Assembly (NCBI GenBank): GCA_014905635.1
Contig: JABVCE010000033.1
Location: 310,001-331,473, forward strand
Direction: 5' to 3'
DNA: 21,473 nt
Origin: Scenedesmus sp. PABB004
Lineage: Eukaryota
The position numbers and the translations under genes are program-made. Below the pieces are notes generated by a model that was given only the letters and a program-made list of their open reading frames with translations, was not told the DNA's origin and made no database searches. Position 1 is the stretch's first letter; every line of letters begins with the position of its first letter. This document shows, one piece after another, positions 9,782-21,000 of this stretch.

Positions 9782-11396
9782 ATGCGCCAGGCCGCCACGG
9801 GCAGCCGGCCGGCCGTCGGTGCGGTGCTCGATGGCGCTGGGGCGCGTCCTGGGGCGCGCGGGCATGCGGGGCGCCGTGGGCGCCGGGCGGGGTCGATGGC
9901 GCGCGCTCCACCCGCCCCGCAGGCCGCGCCGTCGTCGTGCCGGCGCTGCGGGCGCCCGGCCGGGCAGCCCGGGTGTCGCGGCGCCGCCCTGTGGCAGCGC
10001 TGTCGGGCGCCGCCGCTGGCGACGCCGGCGGCGGCGCCAGCGGCGAGCCCGCGCACGCGTGGCGCAGCGAGGTGCGCGGCGGCGCGGCGCGGCGGCGCCC
10101 GGGCCAGCAGCAGGGCCCCTCCCCATCGCGCCCGCCGCCACCCGCCGCCCGCCGCCGCAGCGCCTCGCGCCGTACCTGGCGCTCGCGCGCATCCACAACG
10201 TGCTGCCGAGCGCCGTGCTCGTCGCCGTCGGCGCGTGGGCGGGCAGCGGGCACCGCGTCGCGGCGGTGCAGAGCGGCTCCGTCGTCGCGATGGCCGCCAT
10301 CAGCGGCGCCATGGCGGTGCGGCGGCGGCCCGGGCGGGCGCGCGGCCCGCCGGCGAGGCGCCAAGCGCGCGCGCTCTCATGCCGCCGGTGTCCTGTCGCC
10401 GCCGCCGCCGCCCGCCCCGGCGGCAGGTTGCGAGCGTGGTCGTGAACGACTACTTTGACCGCGCCATCGACGCCACCAACGCGCCCCACAAGCCGCTGCC
10501 GTCGGGTGCGTCGCGGGCGCGGTGGCTGCGCGCGCTGTGCTGCGCGCGCCGCCGCCCCCGCCGACCCGCCGACCCCGCCGACCCCGCCGACCCCGCGCGG
10601 CCAGGCGCGGTCGCGCCCGACGCCGCGCTGCTGCTGTCGAGCTGCCTCTACTGCGGCTGCCTCATCGCCGCGTGCCTGCTCGAGCCGAGCGGGCTGCGCT
10701 GCATCGTCGCGTTCAGCGCCGCCGCGACGCTGCTGTACACGCCGCTGTTCAAGCGCCTGACCGCCATCAAGAACGCGACCGTCGCGACCGTCATCGCCCT
10801 CGCGCCCCTCGCGGGCGCGCTCGCCGCCGGCGCGGTGCGTAGCAGGGAGGCGGGGAGGGAGGGAGGGAGGCAGGGAGGCAGGGAGGCAGGGAGGGAGGCA
10901 GCGAGGGAGGGCGGGCCGCGCCGCGCGCCGCCACCCCCGCCGCCGCGCTGACCGCCGCCGCGCTGACCGCCGCCGCGGCGCAGGGCGCGGCGGGCATCGC
11001 CCGGCTCGCGCCGGCCGCGCTGTACGCGTTTGGGGGCGTGATGTTCCGTGAGATTCTGATGGACCTCAACGACGCCCCCGGCGACCGCGCGGCGGGCGTG
11101 TGGACGCTGCCCGTGCTGCTCGGCAAGCCCGCCGCGCTCGCCGCGGCGGCCGGCTTCCTGGCCGCCGGCGCGGCCGCGGCGGGCGGCGCGCTGCTGCGCG
11201 CGGGCGCGCCGGCGCCGCCCGCGGGCTTCCGGCCGCCGCGCCGCTCGCGGTGATCGCCGCGGGCGTGGCGCAGCTGCTCGCGCTCGCGGCGCGCGTCGCG
11301 CGCAGCGGGTTTGACCCCGCGGCCGTGAGCGCCGCGGTGGGGGAGTGCCTCAAGCCCGTGGGCTGGGGCATCCTGCTGCTGGCGGCGATGGCCTGA
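9782..11396 (+). CDS. UbiA-family prenyltransferase, digeranylgeranylglyceryl-phosphate-synthase-like, probable plastid transit peptide
   Basis: Exons 9782-9818, 9923-10071, 10161-10316, 10427-10505, 10605-10834 and 10984-11396. Motifs YLALARIHN, NDYFDRAIDATNAPHKPLPSG, LLYTPLFK..IKNATVA and REILMDLNDAPGDRAAGVWTLPVLLG. Several hydrophobic helices. Frameshift at about 11230. Confidence 0.88.
10843..10912 (+). repeat. Intronic purine-rich GGGA/GGCA microsatellite
   Basis: cagggaggcggggagggagggagggaggcagggaggcaggg... inside the last intron of the UbiA gene. Confidence 0.7.
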
Positions 11397-11877
11397 GTGA
11401 GGCCGGCGCGCTGGCCGCGTTGCTGGTGCGGCTCCTGGGCGGGGCGCTGTGGCGCGGGCCCGCCCGCGGCGCACGCGGGCGGGGCGCGGGCGTGGGGCCC
11501 CGTGGCGTGGCGGGGGAGTGGGCGTGACGCATTCAGCAACGGGCGTTGTGGGGGGCGCGCGGTTTTTGGCTTTTTTGCGCGCGCAGGTAGCCCTTGACCC
11601 TCTCTCGGCCGGCGTGCGCGGGCCGCTGTACCCTTACCTGACCTCACCTGGCGTGGCGGCGTGGCGACGTGGCGACAACAACAACGAGCGGCGAGCGAGC
11701 GACGACACCACGGCGCTCGGGCCGGCGGCGACGACGAACGTGGCAGCCCGGTTTTTGTGACGGCGGCTGAGCTTACGACACACCCTTTGCGCGCGCGTGC
11801 GCTGATGATGACCCTTTCATCCAGTTCGTCCGGACGGGCCCGCTGCTGAACGAAGCAGGCACGGCCCCGGCGACCAT

Positions 11878-11881
<4 letters not shown>

Positions 11882-11933
<52 letters not shown>
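11882..11933 (+). repeat. (TG)n microsatellite
   Basis: About 25 perfect TG units in the intergenic region upstream of PET191. Confidence 0.95.
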
Positions 11934-11938
<5 letters not shown>

Positions 11939-12163
11939 GAGCTGGTGGCAGTCCTTCGCGCCACCAGGTGCCGACGTGTGACGACCTGGGATCGACTGAC
12001 GCGCGCCGCGGCGCAGGGCACGCTGCGCCGCGCCGCGCCCGCCCGCTGCGCCACTCCCGCCCCGCCGCGCCCACCGCGTCAGACCGCCCGCCCCGCCGGC
12101 ACCGCGCCCAGCGGCCCCGCCGCCCCGCAGCGCCACCAGTGCCGCCGCGGCGGCGCGCGCGGG

Positions 12164-12563
12164 ATGTCCACCTCCTGCCACGGCCTCATGGCCAAGTACG
12201 TCGACTGCCTGCGCCAGACCGCGTGCTTCAAGGTGGCCCGCGGCCCGCCGCGCAGCGGGAGCGCCCGCCCGCCCGCCGCCGCGCCCGGCGCGGCCCACGC
12301 CGGCGCCGCTGCCGCCCGCCGCTGCTGCCCGCGGCGCAGGAGGGCGGCAAGACGGTCACGCAGTGCGCCGAGCGGCTCCCCGAGGAGTGCAACTCGCTGC
12401 GCTACGCGCTCTTCGCGTGCAAGCGGGGCCAGATGGACGCGCGGACGCGAATCCAGGCGCGCGGGCGAGCCGCTGCGGCGCTGCCGCTGCCACCGCGCCG
12501 CCGCGCACGCAACGCAGCTGCCGAGCGCCGCGCTGCGGTCCGCAGGGCAACAAGGGCTACTGA
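12164..12563 (+). CDS. PET191: Cytochrome c oxidase assembly factor PET191/COA5 (twin Cx9C-type)
   Basis: Exons 12164-12232, 12340-12456 and 12546-12563: MSTSCHGLMAKYVDCLRQTACFK EGGKTVTQCAERLPEECNSLRYALFACKRGQMDARTRIQ GNKGY-stop. The CKRGQ.D.R.RI.GNKGY C-terminus is diagnostic. Confidence 0.95.
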
Positions 12564-13130
12564 GGGAGCGGCAGCGGCCCGCGTTCCTCGTCCCCCTCAT
12601 CACCCCCTCATCGCCGTGGCGCCGGCGCAAACGCCAGCACGGGACCTGCCCTGCGCGCACGGCCGGCAGCGCCGTCGCCGCCAGCAGGCGCCACGGCGAG
12701 CCGCCGCGGCGAGCCATCCCCCCTGCGAGCCGTCCGGCGAGCCGCCGCCGCCCGTCGCCCATCGCCATGCGGTGCGCGCTGCGCGCGACGACGGCGCGGC
12801 GACCAGCGCGCCCGGGCTGAGCTGCGCGGCCGACCTGCGACGCGAGGGGCCCAGAGGGCGCCGTCCGGCCGCGCTGCGAAGCGCGACCCCCCGCCCTCGC
12901 GCGTGCAGCTGAGGAAGCTGCCGCGCCCGCCCCTCGCTGCGCGCGTTGCGACGCCGCGCGGCGCGCTTTTGACGAGAGAGTCTGAGTCTGAGTTGCAATT
13001 GCTTGCCCAATGCAACACCGAGGCTGCGCCGCGCCGAGGGAGCAAGAGAGTGCCCCCACTTGCAGTGCGAGTGCAGTGCCGCCCGCACGCCCCCGCCCGG
13101 CGCCCGCCGCCCCCCCCCCCCCCCCCCCCC

Positions 13131-14976
13131 TCATCCTGCGCTCATGTACACGCCCCCCGGCCCTCCCCACCCTCCCGTGCTCTTGAGAGCGCGCCCCTCA
13201 CGCGCCCCCTCCAGCTCCTCGCCCTCCTCGCTCGCGCTGCCGAGCCGCCACGCGTCGTCGTCCTCCTCCTCCGCGTCCGCCGCCGCCGCCGCCCACGCGC
13301 CCGCCGCCGCGCCGAGGCCCTGCGCGCCGGGCTCCACATAGAGCGCCAACTCGCCCCAGGACGGGCCGACGCTGAACTTGACCTGCGCCGCAGGGAGGAG
13401 GGGCGGGGCGGCGGGGCGCGCGGGTCGGCCACGCCGGCACAGCGCGCGAGGGCAGGAACAGCTACTCCCCAGTGGCGCGGCGCGGCGCGCACCGGGAGCG
13501 GCACGTCCAGCCGCCACACGCGCGGCGCGCCCTCCATGACGCGCCGCAGCAGCGCGGCCGCGGCGGGCAGGTGCGGCTCGGACACCTCGAACAGCAGCTC
13601 GTCGTGCACCTGCGCCCGCGAGCCCCGTGCCGGGAGGAGGCTGGGCGCCGAGCGCCGCGCGCCGCGCCGCCGTGCCGCCGCGCGCGCCGCGCGCCATGCC
13701 GTGCCAGCGCGCGGCCGGCGCACCTGCAGCAGCAGGCGCACGTGCGGCGCGAGCCCCGCCGCGGCCAGCTGGGCGACCGCCTCGACCATGACGCCCTTGA
13801 CCAGGTCAGCGGCGCCGCCCTGGACCGTGCCGTTGATCGCCTGGCGCGGCGCGCGGCGCGCGCAGCGTGCGGCAACCACAGGGCGGGTGCGTGGGCGAGC
13901 GCAGCGAGCGCGCGGGCGCGGTCGTGCCCGCGACAGCGGCGGCGCCCGCGCGCGCGCGCACCTGGCGCTCGCCGCGGCGGCGGCGCTGGAAGTCGGTCGA
14001 CGCGAGGTCCGGCAGCAGCCGGCGCCGCCCCGACAGCGTGACCAGCCCAGTGCGCTTGGCACACGCGTCCAGCGTGGTCTGCGTGGCGCGCGCGGCGCGC
14101 GGCGCGCGGCGGCGCGTGGGCGCGGGCCGCGTGCTCGCACGCCGCGTGGCCGGGCCCGGCGCGCCGCGTGCCGCCGCGGCGCGGCGCGGCGCCGCACCGC
14201 CATCCAGGCGGTGAGCTGGGGGTGGCTGGCCCTGAAGCTGTCGCTGAGCGCGCGCGCCGCGGTCTCGCCGATGCCGAGCTGCGCGCCGAGGCGGCCCGGG
14301 CCCATGCCGTAGATCAGAGCGTACGCGAGGCGCTTGCACTGCGCGCGCTCGTCCTCCGACACCTGCGCCGGCGCCCCGCGCCGGCGGCGGCGGCGCGCGC
14401 GCGCCGTCGGCGCGCGGGCCTTGGGTGGCAGGGCGGCGCGGCGGCGCGCGGCCGTCAGGGCCCCTCCCTCGCCGCGCGCCCCGCGCGCGTGCCTGCGCAA
14501 TTGGCTTGCGATGCCACTGCGCCGCGAGCGCGGCAAAGGGGTCGCCCTGTGCGCGCAGCGCCTCGAGCAGCCCCCTGTCGCCGCTGAGCGCGGCCATGAG
14601 GCGCAGCTCGATCTGGCAGTAGTCTGAGGGGCAGAGGCAGAGAGGGAGGAGGGATGGTGGTGAGAAGGGGTTGGTGGCGTGCGTGCGTGGTGAGTGTGGC
14701 GTGTGGATGTGGAGTGTGTGGAGTGCGTGGAGTGCGTGGAGTGTGTGGAGTGTGTGGGTATGTGGTGGTGTGTGGGGGAGGGGCGGCCCCCAGCCGCGCG
14801 CTCGGCGGCCCGCCCGCCGCGGCCCGCCGCGCTGCGCATGCCAGCCGCCCGCGCGCGCGCCGTCGCGCGCGACAACCGCGCTGAGCAGCACGTGCCCCGC
14901 GGGCGCGACGAAGGCAGCGCGGATGTTGACCACCGCCGCCGCGCCCTGGCTGGCGTCGTCGGGCTGCCCCGTCGCT

Positions 14977-15014
<38 letters not shown>

Positions 15015-18000
15015 GCCGCCGCCGCCGCGCCGCGCCCGTGCCCGGGCCCGGCAGGCCGCCGGGCAGGGCGAGGCTCTCCATGCCCTCCAGCGACTCGCCG
15101 TCCGCGAGCAGCCACGGCGCACCGCCGGGCGGCGCCGGCGGCGGCGGCGCCGGGGCGATGGTGAAGGTGCGGACCCTGGGGACGCACTGCAGCGAGGGGT
15201 CGTCCATTGACAGCCGCCCGGTCACCGAGCCCGTCTGCATCCACTTGCCGCGGATGCGCACGCAGCCGCACGCGACCGCGCTCGCGTCGGCGGCCGCGAC
15301 GACCGGGCCCGCAGCAAAGCGCAGCGCGGCTGCGCCGGCGCGGCGGCGAGGGGGCGGCGCGGCGGGCGGCGGGGCGGTGGGGCTCAGCGCGTGCGTGCGT
15401 GCGCGGGCCGCGCGCCGGGCGCCGGGGCGCACCCTGGCTCGCGTCGGCGTGGGAGCGGCTGGCGCGGAGGTCGCCGAGTATCTTGTCGAGGCTGCGGTAC
15501 AGGACGACCAGCTTGGGCAGCGGGTGCTGCGCGCCCAGCTCGCGCAGCACCTCGGCGCGCGTGCTCAGCTGGCCGCTCCTGCGCGGCGGCGGCGGCGGGG
15601 CCGGCGGGGGGTCGGCGGGTCGGCACGGCACGGCGGGGCCTGGGACGGACGGCGCCGCGGGCTGCGCAGGCCGCACAGCGCACGCACTTGCTCAGCGCCG
15701 ACGCGCTCACGGGCGGCGCGAGCCCGAGGCCGCCCTGCGAGGGCGGGCCGAAGAGCAGGCGCAGCAGCGCGTCGCTGCGCTTGTCGGAGAGCTCGAGCAG
15801 CAGCCCGCGGTTGAAGGACGCCATGCGCCGCTCCAGCTCCTCCAGCTTGGCGAGCAGCGTCGGCTCTTGCGCGCCCAGCGCGGCGCGGCTGAGGCAGACG
15901 CCGTGCTGCTCCATCGACCCCAGCACGCGCAGCAGCGGCATCTCGAGGCCGAGCAGCAGCGGCATGACGCGCGCCGCCTGCGCGCCCGGCCGGGGCGGGG
16001 CGGGGGCGGGGGGGGCGGGGGGGGGGGGGGGGGGGGGGGGGACGCGGCACGGCGCGTCGGGACGGCCCTGCCGCACGCGCGGAGCCGGGCCCGCGAGGGG
16101 GCGAGCCAGCCGCCGCCGGCGCGCGCGTGCGCGCCGCGGCGCCCGGCGCACACCTCGAGCTTGGGCCGCAGGCACGCCCACAGCCGGTGCGCCATCGCCG
16201 CGCGCTGGCACGCCTCGAGCACGGCGCACCCGCGCAGCGCGAGCCCGCCCGCCACCGCGCCGTGCTGGGGGTGCTCCTCGGCGAGCGGGCCCTTGGCGAC
16301 CATCGACGCGTTGCGCTCGCCAAAGCAGGGATCCTCCAGCAGCAGCGCGAGGTCGCTCGTCGTGTGCCTGCGGGCGCGGGCGCGGCGCCCGGCCGCGGCG
16401 GCGGCGGCTGTGTCACAGCATGCCGGGCGCCCGCCGCAGGCGCGCAGCGCGCGCGCCGAGGGCCCGCGCCGCGTCGGCGGCGCCGTGCCGCTCACTCGAT
16501 GCCCCGCTCGCTGCCGCTCCAGCTGCGCTCGACGACGCGGTTGGTGTCGGCGTTGAGCAGCCACGCCGCGACGCGCACGTCGACGAGCGGCTCCGCCACG
16601 GCGAGGCCGCGCAGGCCCGACGCGATCGGCGGGTCGCCGAGCAGCTGCAGCTGCGGCTTGGCGCCAAACGTCACGCGCACCGGCGCGCCGCCGGGCAGCC
16701 ACGCGCCCGGGTCGGACGGCCCCGCCTCGCCCGCGCCGGCGCGCGCGACGTCGGCCACACGCGTCGCGCCGCCGCCACCCGGCGGCCCCGCCGGCGCCAA
16801 AGATCGCGCGCAGGCCCTCCCACAGCTCCTGCAGGCGGGCGTTGACCCCCCTGCGCACCGCGGCGTCCTCCTCCGGCACCCAGCGCACGCTGCCGCGGCG
16901 CGGCGTGTCGACCGCGAACGAGAGCGGCACGTACCACGCCGCGCCGTCGCGCGTGCTGAACGCGGCGCCGAGCACGGGCCAGCGCCACATGGGGCCGCGC
17001 GCGCCGCCGGCGCGGCGCCGCCCGCCCGCCCACGTGCCCGCCCAGCCGGCGGCCGCCGCGGCCGCGCCCGCGGCGTCGGCGTCGCCCGCCGCCGCGGCCT
17101 GCTGCAGCAGCTCGAGCGCCGCCGCGGCCGCGGCGGCGGCCTTCTTGCGGCGCTTTCCGCTCATCGGCGGCTCGTTGGTGCTCGTCACGGGCGGGAAGGA
17201 CAGCTCGCTGGTCTCCAGGTTGAGCGCAAAGCCCCACGCCGGCGCGGCCGCGAGCGCGGCGACCAGGCCCGCATGCCCGCGGCGTCGCGCACGGACGTCA
17301 CGCCCGGCGTCGCCGGCAGCGGCGCCACGCCGGGCGGCTGCGCCCACGCGCCGGGCGCGCCGGGGGCGGCGGCACCGGCGGCGGGGGGCCCATCGGCGCG
17401 CGCGCGCACGCCTGCTGCGCCGCCTGCTGCGCCTGGTGCGCCGCCTGCTGCGCCGCCTGCTGCGCCTGCGCCGCCTGCTGCGCCTGCGCCGCCTGCGCCG
17501 CCTGCTGCGCCTGCTGCGCCGCCTGCTGCGCCTGCTGCGCCTGCTGCGCCGCCTGCTGCGCCTGCTGCGCCGTCTGCGCCTGCGCCGCCTGCGCCTGCGC
17601 CGCCTGTTGCTGCGCCGCGAGCGCCTGCGCACGCGGCGCGCCGCCGCCGCCGCCCAGTGCGCCGTAGCCAAACACGTCTGCCGCGGCCTCCTGCGCGCCA
17701 CCTGGCTCGCGCGCAGCAGCCCCCGCCTCCTCGGCGGGGTCTGCCAGCTCCGCCAGCTCCCTGTCCTCCGGCTCCTCTGGCTCCTCCTCCTCCTCCCCCT
17801 CCTCGGACGCCCACAGCGCCTCGTCGCCGCCAGCCCAGGCGTCGTCGTCGTCGTCGCCGCCCGCCCAAGCGCCGCCGTGCGCGTGCGCGGCCGCGGCGGC
17901 CGCGGCCGCGCCGGGGTCGTCGCCCTCGTCGGCGGCCGCCGCCGCAGTGGCCGCGGCTGCTGCTGCCTCGCCAGCGGCCGCAGCGGCCGCAGCAGCGCCC

Positions 18001-21000
18001 GGCGCGGCCGGCGGCGTGCGCGGGCTGGGCGGGCTGCGGCCCGGCGGCCCGGCCCCCCTGGCGCCGCGGCCGGCGCCGCCCCGGGCGCCGCCGCAGGCGC
18101 GGCGCCGGGCGGCGCCTGCGCTCCCTCCGTCGCGCCATTCCGCTCGCCGGCCGCGGCGCCGGGGGCGCGGGCCGCGCGGCTGCCGCGGGCTGCGTCTCTG
18201 ACGCCGCGTAGGAGCTGGGCCCGCGGCGGCGGCGGCCTGCTTGCGCCGCGCCTCGCGCGCCATCGCCTCCTTGGCGCTCTGCGGGGTGGTAGCGGCGGCG
18301 CCGCCGATGGTGGTGGCGGGGCACGCGCGCGCGCGCCGCCGCGCGCGCGGCCAGCCGCGCCGTGCCGCGCCGCGCCGCGCCGCGCCGCGCCGCGCCGCCG
18401 CACCGTGAGCGCCTGGCGCGCGGCGCCCGTCTCGCGGCTGACGGTGCCCTCTGGGAACATGTTGGTCACGGGGTCGCGCTTGATGCCCTCAATCAGAATG
18501 CCCAGGATGCTGCGCGCGTGTGGGCATGTGCGTGTGTGTGGGTGCGTGTGTGTGTGTGGGTGTGTGCGTGTGTGTGGGTGCGTGTGTGTGTGTGTGTGTG
18601 TGTGTGGTGTGGGTGGGTGGGTGGGTGGGTGGGTGCGTGCGTGTGTGGGGGGGGGGGGGGCAGGTGTGCGAGCGTGTGGGACGAGGGCGCGAGGCGCGGG
18701 CGCGAGCGGCGGAGGCGAGGGGGCGTGGGCGGCGCGTGGCAGAGCGCCCCCCTCGCCACTGCTGCCGCCAGCCGCCCCGCCGCCCCGCGGCGCGCCGGGG
18801 CCCGCTCACTCGTCGACGTTGCTCGCCGCCACGTGCGCGACGCTGGTGAGGCCGTGCTGGTACAGCAGGCGCGCGCGCGGCGGCGTGACGCCCCTGAGGC
18901 TGGTCAGCGCCAGGATCTGGCGCGGCGGCGGCGCGTGTTGGCAGGGCGGGGCGGCCGGTCGGCAGGGTGGCTGTGCGCGGCACGCTTGCCTGACCGCCAA
19001 GCTGACACACACAGACACACGCACAGATGCACAAACGCACACGCACGCGCGGCCGGCCCACCTCGCTCTTGGCGCCCTTGAAGCTCCGCCCAGCAAAGTT
19101 GGCCAGCACCGCGTGTATGGCCGCGTAGCCGAGGCGCTCGCTGAACGCCGACACCATCGCCGCAAAGCCCTCTGCGCGGCGCGCGCGGCGGCGGCGGCCG
19201 ACCGGGCGCGCGCGGCGGCAGGCTCGACGCGGGCGGCGCGGCGCGGAGAGCGCATGCGCGCTCGCGCGCTGCTGGTCGCTCACGCGCGCTCGCGGCGAGG
19301 TCCTTGGTGCCCGACTCGCCGACGCCCCACCGCGCGACACGTCGTCGTAGCCCGCGCCGCGGAGCAAGTCCTGCAGCACAAACGCGCCCCACAGCCGCCG
19401 CGCCACGCCGTCCACGCGCGCCTGCTCGGCCGTCGCCGGCGGCTTGGCCTGCGCCGCGCACAGGCGCTCCTGCGACGGCGGCGGCGGCGGCGGCAGGCAC
19501 AGTGAGCAGCCCGCAGCGCTGCACACGGAGACACACGGCATGCGCCGCCGCCGTGGCGGCCGCCTCACCTGCGCGCTCTGCTGCTCGATGTACTGCGCCG
19601 CCGCGTCGCGGAGCAGGCCGACGCGCTGCAGCACCACGCTGCGCGCCGTCGGCACCGGCACGCTCGCTCTCGAGCTCGCGCCGCGCGGCGTTGCAGAAGC
19701 CAGCCAGCCTGCGCGGCGCCGCGCCGCGCGGCGCGGCGCGGCGGGGCGGGGCGTCGCGGCGGCGCGCGGGCGGGGGCGCCCGTGCGCGCGGCGCGGCCGC
19801 TGGCCCGCGCCCGCGCCCGCGCTGCTGCACGCACTTCTCCCAGCGCGGACGGATCGCGGCGAGGCCCCACGTCGGTGTTATGAGGAAGATGGCGTGCAGG
19901 TCGGATGACGTAACGAAGCCCTCCGCGCGCGCGCGGTCCAGGTCTGCGGCGGCGGCGGCGGCGGCGGCGCGGCGGCGCGGGCCGCAGCGCGGCACGTGAG
20001 GGCAGCGGCGGCAGGGCGGCGGCGGGGGCGGCACGCAGCGAGGGGGCCGCAGCGCGGGAGGCCCTCCGCCGGCTCCGCACCCTTCTTCACGCCCAGCGCC
20101 TTCTCCGGGGAGAGGCCCGACACCGCCGCGGCTCGGCCGAGGTCGGTGGCGTGCAGCACGCCGCCGTCGTCGCTGGCAGCGGACGATGGAGGCAAGGGTG
20201 TGTGTGTGTGTGGGTGGGGGTGGTGGTGGTGGTTGGGGGGGGGGGGGGGTCGGCGGCGGGCGGGGCGGCGTCGGCAGCGGCTGCAGCGCGGCTGGGAGGG
20301 ATGCCAGAGCCAGGGCCGCCTCAGCGCGGCGGGGCGCAGCGCGGCGCGGCGAGGCGCGGTGCGGCGGCGCGCGGGCTCACGTGACGAAGCCCTGCTCCAC
20401 CAGCCACGCGAGCGCCGCCTCGGCGCAGCCCGCGGCGATGCCCTGCCCGTGCGTCACGGCCAGCAGGCTGCGCGGGCGGGCGGGCGGGTGGGCGGCGCTC
20501 GCTCGCGCCTGTGCGCCCTCGCAGCCGTGCTGCGGGGCGCCACCCCGTCCTCCCCGCTGACCCTCTCACTCGCCCGCCCGCCCAGGCCAGGCCCACCTGC
20601 AGGCCAGGTAGGTGGCCACGTCGCCCCGCGCCTTGACCAGATCCACCGCGACCACCTCCAGCAGCCCCTGCGCCAGCCCGCGCCGCCCGTCGGCGAGGCC
20701 CGACACCACGGGCGCCGACGCCGCCTGCGCGGGCGGCGCGGCGGCACACGTTACGCGCGTGATGCGCGTGACGCGCGTAACGCGTGCGGGCGGCGCTCCC
20801 CCAGCCTTCCGTCCTTCCCTCCCCGCCGCGCGGCGCCGCGCCTGCATGAGCGCCTGCAGCTGCTCCCGGTTGCGCCCGCTGCGCTGCACGATGAGGACTG
20901 ACTCGCCCTGGCTGTCGATGCCGGCGCGCCCCGCGCGGCCGCTCATCTGCAGGTACTCTGTGCGGGTGTGGGTGGGGGCGTGTGTGTGTGTGTGTGTGAG

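Noticed and set aside
11632..11650. CTTACCTG as the 5' end of U1 snRNA
   Set aside because: It lacks the ATA start, the U1 stem-loop motifs (GATCACGAAG, ATTGCAC) and a proper Sm site.
11802..11860. CTGATGA as a hammerhead ribozyme core
   Set aside because: No GAAA after a stem II and no matching stems or cleavage triplet were found.
924..19505. Long ORFs in the track (e.g. 924-2732, 7501-9273, 13142-15676, 16842-19505)
   Set aside because: They are Arg/Ala/Pro-rich shadow or intron read-through frames that stay open because stop codons are rare at this GC content. The real proteins are spliced and cover only parts of them.
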